A stretch of 64,000 bases of DNA, taken from positions 186,001 through 250,000 of the forward strand of contig NW_027191481.1 in NCBI RefSeq assembly GCF_011745625.1. The letters are read 5' to 3'. A model generated the notes under the pieces. The model was given only the letters and a program-made list of their open reading frames with translations, ran no database searches and was not told where the DNA came from. Position 1 is the stretch's first letter, and each line of letters starts with the position of its first letter. The position numbers were made by a program, and so were the translations under genes. Shown one piece after another: positions 58,265 through 64,000 of the stretch. Source of the stretch: Cladosporium halotolerans. Lineage: Eukaryota.

Positions 58265-59074
58265 ATGCCTCTAGCAACCGTCCACCTCCTCGCCCTCTCC
58301 CAAAACACAACCATCCCATCTTACCTCACCTCCCTCGCCCAAACGCCCTGCAAACCCCTCGTCACCTCCCACGTCCTCCGCTGGATCATCACGCCCACTA
58401 CCCTCTCCAAGAACGTGCTCCTCAACACCCCCTGGGACCTCCTCCTCATCGTCCCAGCCAACACACCCCTCCCCGCCTCCCACCTGTCCGACAACCTCAT
58501 CACCGCCCACTGGAGCATCACAGCCGGCATCCCGCGCAGCATCACCGACAATTTCACCCAGCGCAACCCCTCCCTCCTGCACCCCGACCCGGGCTCCATC
58601 CCACCCCTCACCACCTCAGCGAAGAAACTCGCCTCCTCCCCGCAAGGCCTCGAACTCACGCCCGAGCTCCTCGACTGGAAGAACCCAGCCGCCGCAGACT
58701 CCAGCACCGCGTCTCCAGTCAGCATGCTCAACCTCCTCGCCTTCCACCCCACCCCGGAAGCCCGCGAGAGCTACATGCGGTACGGCAAGGCGTTCGCGGA
58801 GTCCATCGGGTCTAAGCGCGGGGGCAACGCGAAGGTCGTCGGCAAAGTCGTCGGAGCCCAGGACGCGAGCGCTTCGGAGGATAAGGAGGGCTGGGACGAG
58901 GTCGCGCTCGCGCAGTATCCTTCTTTCGGGCATTTTGTCGAGATGCTGGGCAGCGAGGATTATCAGGCGGTTAATCAGCGGCACAGGGTGCCGGCGTTGA
59001 GGGATACGTGTATTCTTTGTACGAGTGAGGTGGATCCTGTTTTGGTTGGGGGAGGGGAGAAGGCGAGGTTGTGA
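58265..59074 (+). CDS. Hypothetical protein with DUF1330-like C-terminal domain and PTS1
   Basis: MLNLLAF..YMRYG..WDEVALAQYPS..FVEMLGSEDYQ..HR..AL resembles DUF1330 alpha/beta barrels. Ends in ARL. Confidence 0.75.
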   Translation: MPLATVHLLALSQNTTIPSYLTSLAQTPCKPLVTSHVLRWIITPTTLSKNVLLNTPWDLLLIVPANTPLPASHLSDNLITAHWSITAGIPRSITDNFTQRNPSLLHPDPGSIPPLTTSAKKLASSPQGLELTPELLDWKNPAAADSSTASPVSMLNLLAFHPTPEARESYMRYGKAFAESIGSKRGGNAKVVGKVVGAQDASASEDKEGWDEVALAQYPSFGHFVEMLGSEDYQAVNQRHRVPALRDTCILCTSEVDPVLVGGGEKARL

Positions 59075-61282
59075 GGGTGGATGTGAGGGGGGCAGGACAC
59101 TTGCGGAATGGTGGAGGGCAGGGTGTATGGTTTGGGTGGAGAGTGGTGGAGTAATGGGTTGGCGATGAAGAGATGAGATGGTCATGGGTGGTTTGTGGCG
59201 ACTCGATGGAACTCCTTACTGTTTCGTCCATGAATGGATGGATGGATGATTCAGCCGAATGTAGAGCGGCATGCTAGAACCACGAGAATCTGCTGTCCAC
59301 GGCTCGAAGCATTCGGGACACGCTGGGAACCCAGACGTAGGTATCGCATCGTTGGAGACCGAAGGGCTTGCTGTAGCATATCTTAACGATGTGGAAACAG
59401 ATCGTGCGCAGGAAGGATACATAAAGTACATCCTTAATGATTCCTAAATGTCAACGAGTCTTTCAAGCAGAAACACAATCAAACCGCTGAAGGCGTGCGA
59501 ACACGGTGGCAAAAGCATTCTGATCCGTGGTGCATGATGAGATTGCCGATGTGCTAGCTAGCTGCGTGTGTGTTTTTACACGGCTTTGAGCTATACTCAC
59601 GCGCCAGCCCTCCAGCCTTAGGCATCCCTTTGGCCGTCACCCCACCACGTGCGCACCTCAACCACCATCGACAGAACGCTCAAAAATCACCTCAGCTGCC
59701 CATGAGAGCAAAATTCGAAAACACAAAAAGTCAATCACCTACCAACCACGGCACCTCCCCCAACCCACCAATCCACCCGATTGAGATCATCGCGATCGCC
59801 AGCAGCCCTGTCTAAGACGGGCGAATGCCTCCGCACCCGCCAGATCAGGCCTAGAACTTTCCTCTCCCCACCGGAAAATGCACGGACTCGCGCGCGGTTC
59901 GTCCAGTGTGGAGGTGGAGTCTGGCGAGTGTGGAGATTTGGTGGCCGTTTGGACGGATGGGTGGATGGATTGGATGACTCGCTTGGAGGATCGTTTGCAT
60001 GGGTGTTAGTGTTCTGTTATTGACCATTCGTCTTCATGTACGGTACCGCTGTGTGTTGACGGAGTGGTAATTTGTGATGAAGCTGCTGATTGGCGCAGTA
60101 AGCTTATTACGTGCGCTCGGCGGGCTGCGAGAGGAAAACAAGGCACGAGCGTGGATGGCAAGGCGTCACGCGAGGCAGGATCGCTTCGCAAGGGACAGTA
60201 GTGCTGCGATTTGTGGTGTTTTTCCCAGCTCGGCGCTGAGAGGCTATAATTATCGCCACAAACAGCCTTTCACCGGGCGAGATTGCTCGCCGTGGCGCTG
60301 AGCATGAGCAAGGCCTCAACGTCGCTCCGACAAGGTCTCGGCATTTTCGGCCAAGTTCGCCGGTCGTCTTGCGGGCCTCGACTGAAATGGCAGAGTGACG
60401 CGGCCCCTCGAGTGAGGGCGCTGCCCAGCGCGAATGCTACCTAACCCCGTCATCGTCGCTCCTATTCCCGGCTTCCCAGCGGGCACGTACAATGCCAGGA
60501 AGATGGCGCGCGGGTGCGACGACGGGCGTGTGTGCGTGTCTCTCGACTGGACTTGCCCTCGCGTCGCCGATCGCCGGGCGCGCACCAATGCCCGTCGCGC
60601 ATGCAGGCGCGGGTGTTCCTGGGCCGAAGTCATGCAAGGAACAAAACGCTGCCAGCAAGCCCCAACGGGCGCCGCTCGTCCAATCTCGGCCGCGAGGCGC
60701 ACAAGGCTTCGTCATCGTCCCGGCCACCGCGGCGCTCGCTCTGCCAGTCTCTGGGCGGCCAGGCGCGGGAGGCGCTCGCCGCGGGCAGGCTATAGGCGGG
60801 CGGATGGGACGGGCTGCCGCGGACACGAGGGCGGGCGGCGGTGTTGAGGGTGGCGCTCGTCGCGTCTGGGGAGATTTGGCTTTGGCGGGCTTTTCCTGCT
60901 CGGCTGCCTCTTCGCGTGGTTGCGGAGGTGGAGACAGGGCAGTGAGAGCGTTGCGCTACTGGCTCGAACCGGGCCTGGCTGGTGTCGCGCTCGCTGTTTT
61001 GGGGGGTGGTGCGGACTCTGGAAATCATGTCTCGGTGGAAATGAGGTCAGCACACAAACGGCGCACCCCTACGTCGCGCAAGATCAGCTGGATCAGCGCG
61101 GTGCAGCGCATCCTGCTGGCCAGCGCCCTCCCAGCGCCCTCGCAGCGCCCTCTCTCGTGTCATCAACGTGCAGGGCGTAGCAACGACGCGCAGGGCGGGT
61201 CGCCCGGCGGAGGGCAGGCCGTGCAGTGTGCCGTATGCATCCAAGCAGGACAAGGATGCGCGGCGCGGGCTGGGGACGGGCA

Positions 61283-61312
61283 TGGCGAGCCTGGCGCGCC
61301 TGGCGCGCCTGG
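61283..61312. repeat. 9-nt tandem repeat (TGGCGMGCC) x3.3
   Basis: TGGCGAGCC TGGCGCGCC TGGCGCGCC TGG, about 300 nt upstream of the ccg-6-like ATG. Confidence 0.8.
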
Positions 61313-61592
61313 GTGTAGCGAGATGGGCCGGGCAGCCTCACAGACAGCAGCCTCGTTAGGGTCCCGCACGGACCTGCCCCCGTTTCACCATCACTGCAGC
61401 CCATCAGCCCAGCGCCTGCTCTATTTCAAAGCTCCCGCCGTCCGCCTCCTTCTCGCTCTCCTTCACCCACCCGCAAACACACACACTCGTTGAACCAGCT
61501 CTCTCACGCCCGCTTCTCCGTACAACCAATTAATACCAACAACCCACTACACGACCACCCTCAACCCAACCAACCAACCCACTAATATCAAC

Positions 61593-62219
61593 ATGCGTTT
61601 CGCCGCTGCCGTCGCTGCCGCCACCATGGCTGGCGCTGCCACCGCATCCTACGCCCACGCCCCGATGCCCAAGAACGACACCGCCCCGGCCTACGTGACC
61701 GAGGTCGTCACCGCCTACACCACCTACTGCCCGGAGCCCACTGAGATCACCCACGCCGGCGAGACCTACACCGTCACCGAGGCCACCACCCTGACCATCA
61801 CCAACTGCCCCGGTGGTAAGTCGAGTCTCTTCACTTGTCTGCGATCACGTGCAATCCACTAACTCTTCACTCCAGGCTGCACCGTCACCAAGCCCGCGAC
61901 CTCCTCCGTCGTCTCGGTCTGCACTGACTGCACCACCTCCGCCCCGGTTGCTCCCGTCGTTCCCTCCGTCCCGGCCACCACCTCCGCCCCGGCTGAGACT
62001 ACCCCGGTTGCCCCCGTCCCGGCCACCAGCGAGTCCCCGGTTGCTCCCGTTGCTCCCTACCCCAGCAGCAACGGCACCACCGTCGCTCCCGTCGCCCCCT
62101 CCGGCACTGGTGCCCCGACTGAGTCCACCACCGAGGCCGCTCCCTTTGAGGGCGCCGCCTCCCAGCTCACCGCTGGCGCTGGTCTCCTCGCCATCTTCGG
62201 CCTCGTCGCCCTTCTGTAA
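61593..62219 (+). CDS. GPI-anchored cell wall protein, ccg-6/Sed1/Ccw12-like
   Basis: Exons 61593-61815 and 61876-62219. Signal peptide, [38 protein letters not shown], Pro/Thr/Ala-rich stalk, GPI signal [24 protein letters not shown]. Confidence 0.9.
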
Positions 62220-63624
62220 GCGGCTCGTTGAAAAGGACCTCGATCTTTTCCGACTTGCACACAGACATGACCAAAATTCTCGACGACCAACGACGACGAT
62301 GGCGCTCACCCGCCTCCGACTCTTCTTTTCTTACTTCTCTTTACTCTCTCGTGGCGGACTGAGGCACAGCATGTAATCACATGGCCGGCGGCGTCTTCTT
62401 TTCTCTTTCACTTTCTTCAAACACATTGTGCAATGCGAGACCGCCACCGCGCGAGTTCTCCAACTAATGAGCTGAGCGGGTGGAGAAAATTGTTGCGGAG
62501 TCTTGTTGTGTGTCTTGTTTCTAGACCAACCCTTCGAGCTGTCGTTCGTTCCGCAATCCGGCTCACGTTCGCGCGTGGCGCTGGTTGCGATCGATGGCGG
62601 CTCGAGGGCGATAGCATAGGATACAGAACTATGTACTGTACGACAACAATACACGCGACTTGTAACCAATTCTGCCTTCACATCTAACTTCTCAAATCCT
62701 GATCGATGAGCTTAAGCGACTCGCTACCTACGTACTTCTTGCGTCCAGGCTTTTCGTCCGCGCCTACCGCCCATCCGTCGCACATATAGCATGTACCTTC
62801 TACAAGTCACAGCAGCCTCGCCGCTCTCCTTCCCTCCTCGCCTTCCCGGCCTTCCCGCTGACTTACTACCACGTCACGTCACAGCACCACGTCACCACAA
62901 CACCCCGCCACCCCATCATCCGAACCCATGCGCGTTTCATCTCCTGCACCCTCCAACCCCCTCACGAGAAACCCCGGCGCCTGCTTTTCGCAAACTGATT
63001 GGCGACTCTTTGTTCGAGAGTGACGAGGTCGATGTAAGCTCGGAAGCAAGGGGGATAGGGTGGCCGGCTGGCTGGGCTGGGCTGGGACGGGTGTTACACG
63101 GCGTTCGGCGTCGGGAGCGCTGTTGCTATTTCGGGGGGAAGGAGGGGGATGCGAGGGGGGGAGCGGCTTTGTTGCCTTTGTTGCTTTGTTTGGTTGTGCG
63201 GTGTGGTTGGTGTGGTGTTGCTGGGCGGAGGAAGATGGGATGGGAGGGAGTGGGATGTGAGGCGGGCTCAATTGTTTGTTTGGAGAATTTTTTTTTCCTG
63301 TTGTTGTTGTCAAAGCCGATTCTGGCTGAGTTGGTTACGTGGTGCAGCGTCCTCTTGCGCTGATATTATCTTATCATTCACCTGCCCATTGCGAAACTAT
63401 CGTCCGCGCAGCGTTTTTTTCGGCAGACTGGGGAATGAGAAGTCGACACTCGGAGACCATGAGATTGCGATTCAACCCTATGATATGCCGTGTTGGAAGC
63501 GGCTCTCGAGTAAGGGAGTTCAAAGGCGTTGATTGTTTACAGACTTTGGTGAGACCAATTGAGCGATCGGACCACTTGCTTCGAAAAGGAGATAAGATCA
63601 CGGCGAGATTATCCAAACAGCTAG

Positions 63625-64000
63625 CTAGAGATGCGGTACACTGTCCACCCAGGTGACCAGGAAGCCTTCGGGTGGTATGAAGAACAGGAGACGGATCATC
63701 TCCACGGCGAGGATGGCTCTCGTTCCAATGTACAAGCCAAAACATGAGATCAGTAAGGCGTTTCCATCACTGTCGAAATACCCAGGTACTTTCTCCAGTA
63801 TTGCCTCCAGGACCGGTACCACGACGAGTAGCAGGGTGCAGGAAACGACCGATGAAATCCGCCAAACCCACATGTCCGCGTCCGTAGGGTAGTGAAAGTT
63901 CCAGGCGGCGACGTGGAATGCTCCAATGGTGACGGCGAATCCGACCATCGTGACCGTGCTCATGAAACCTCCTCCACTTGTTCGCAGATTTCTGACAACG
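63625..64000 (-). CDS. 3' end of an uncharacterised fungal multi-pass membrane protein (runs off the window)
   Basis: GAFHVAAWNFHYPT..WVWRISSV..LYIGTRAILAVE..TWVDSVPHL is a pattern typical of a common fungal membrane protein family. Confidence 0.75.
   Translation of the reverse strand, partial: VVRNLRTSGGGFMSTVTMVGFAVTIGAFHVAAWNFHYPTDADMWVWRISSVVSCTLLLVVVPVLEAILEKVPGYFDSDGNALLISCFGLYIGTRAILAVEMIRLLFFIPPEGFLVTWVDSVPHL

Noticed and set aside
60492..61493. 333-aa ORF upstream of the ccg-6-like gene
   Set aside because: GC-rich promoter DNA is open in several frames, and the translation is Ala/Gly/Arg-rich with no domain.
1..64000. Transposons, RIP-degraded AT-rich blocks, CRISPR-like arrays, secondary-metabolite backbone genes
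   Set aside because: No transposase or reverse transcriptase motifs, terminal repeats, spaced repeat arrays or PKS/NRPS domains were seen.

Overview
Gene-dense (about 28 protein-coding genes in 64 kb), intron-containing, GC-rich DNA from a filamentous ascomycete. A Dothideomycete origin is my impression and was not tested. Spliced models were rebuilt by hand from GT..AG introns with CTRAC branch points. The window is mostly housekeeping: CinA/PncC-like, SOF1, secreted tyrosinase, C11orf54/DUF1907 homolog, SDR, VAC14, cytosolic AsnRS, LPD1, AP-2 sigma, TFIIIC delta subunit, ALG1, MSC2-type zinc transporter, SUA5, pyroglutamyl peptidase I, adenylate cyclase, D-threonine-aldolase-like enzyme, GT31, GH76, BFR1, MSH2, a ccg-6-like wall protein and several hypotheticals. 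I found no tRNA, rRNA, CRISPR array or transposon, and no clear-cut novel multi-gene system. The best leads are: (i) recurrent 0.4-1.2 kb C-rich-to-G-rich skew-switch units that do not follow gene boundaries; (ii) a divergent C11orf54 + SDR pair that could be a sugar-acid mini-pathway; (iii) an intronless, bacterial-type D-threonine aldolase-like gene; (iv) a CinA protein with both a possible mitochondrial presequence and a PTS1; (v) a divergent pair of uncharacterised Myb-like and SUMO-like proteins.
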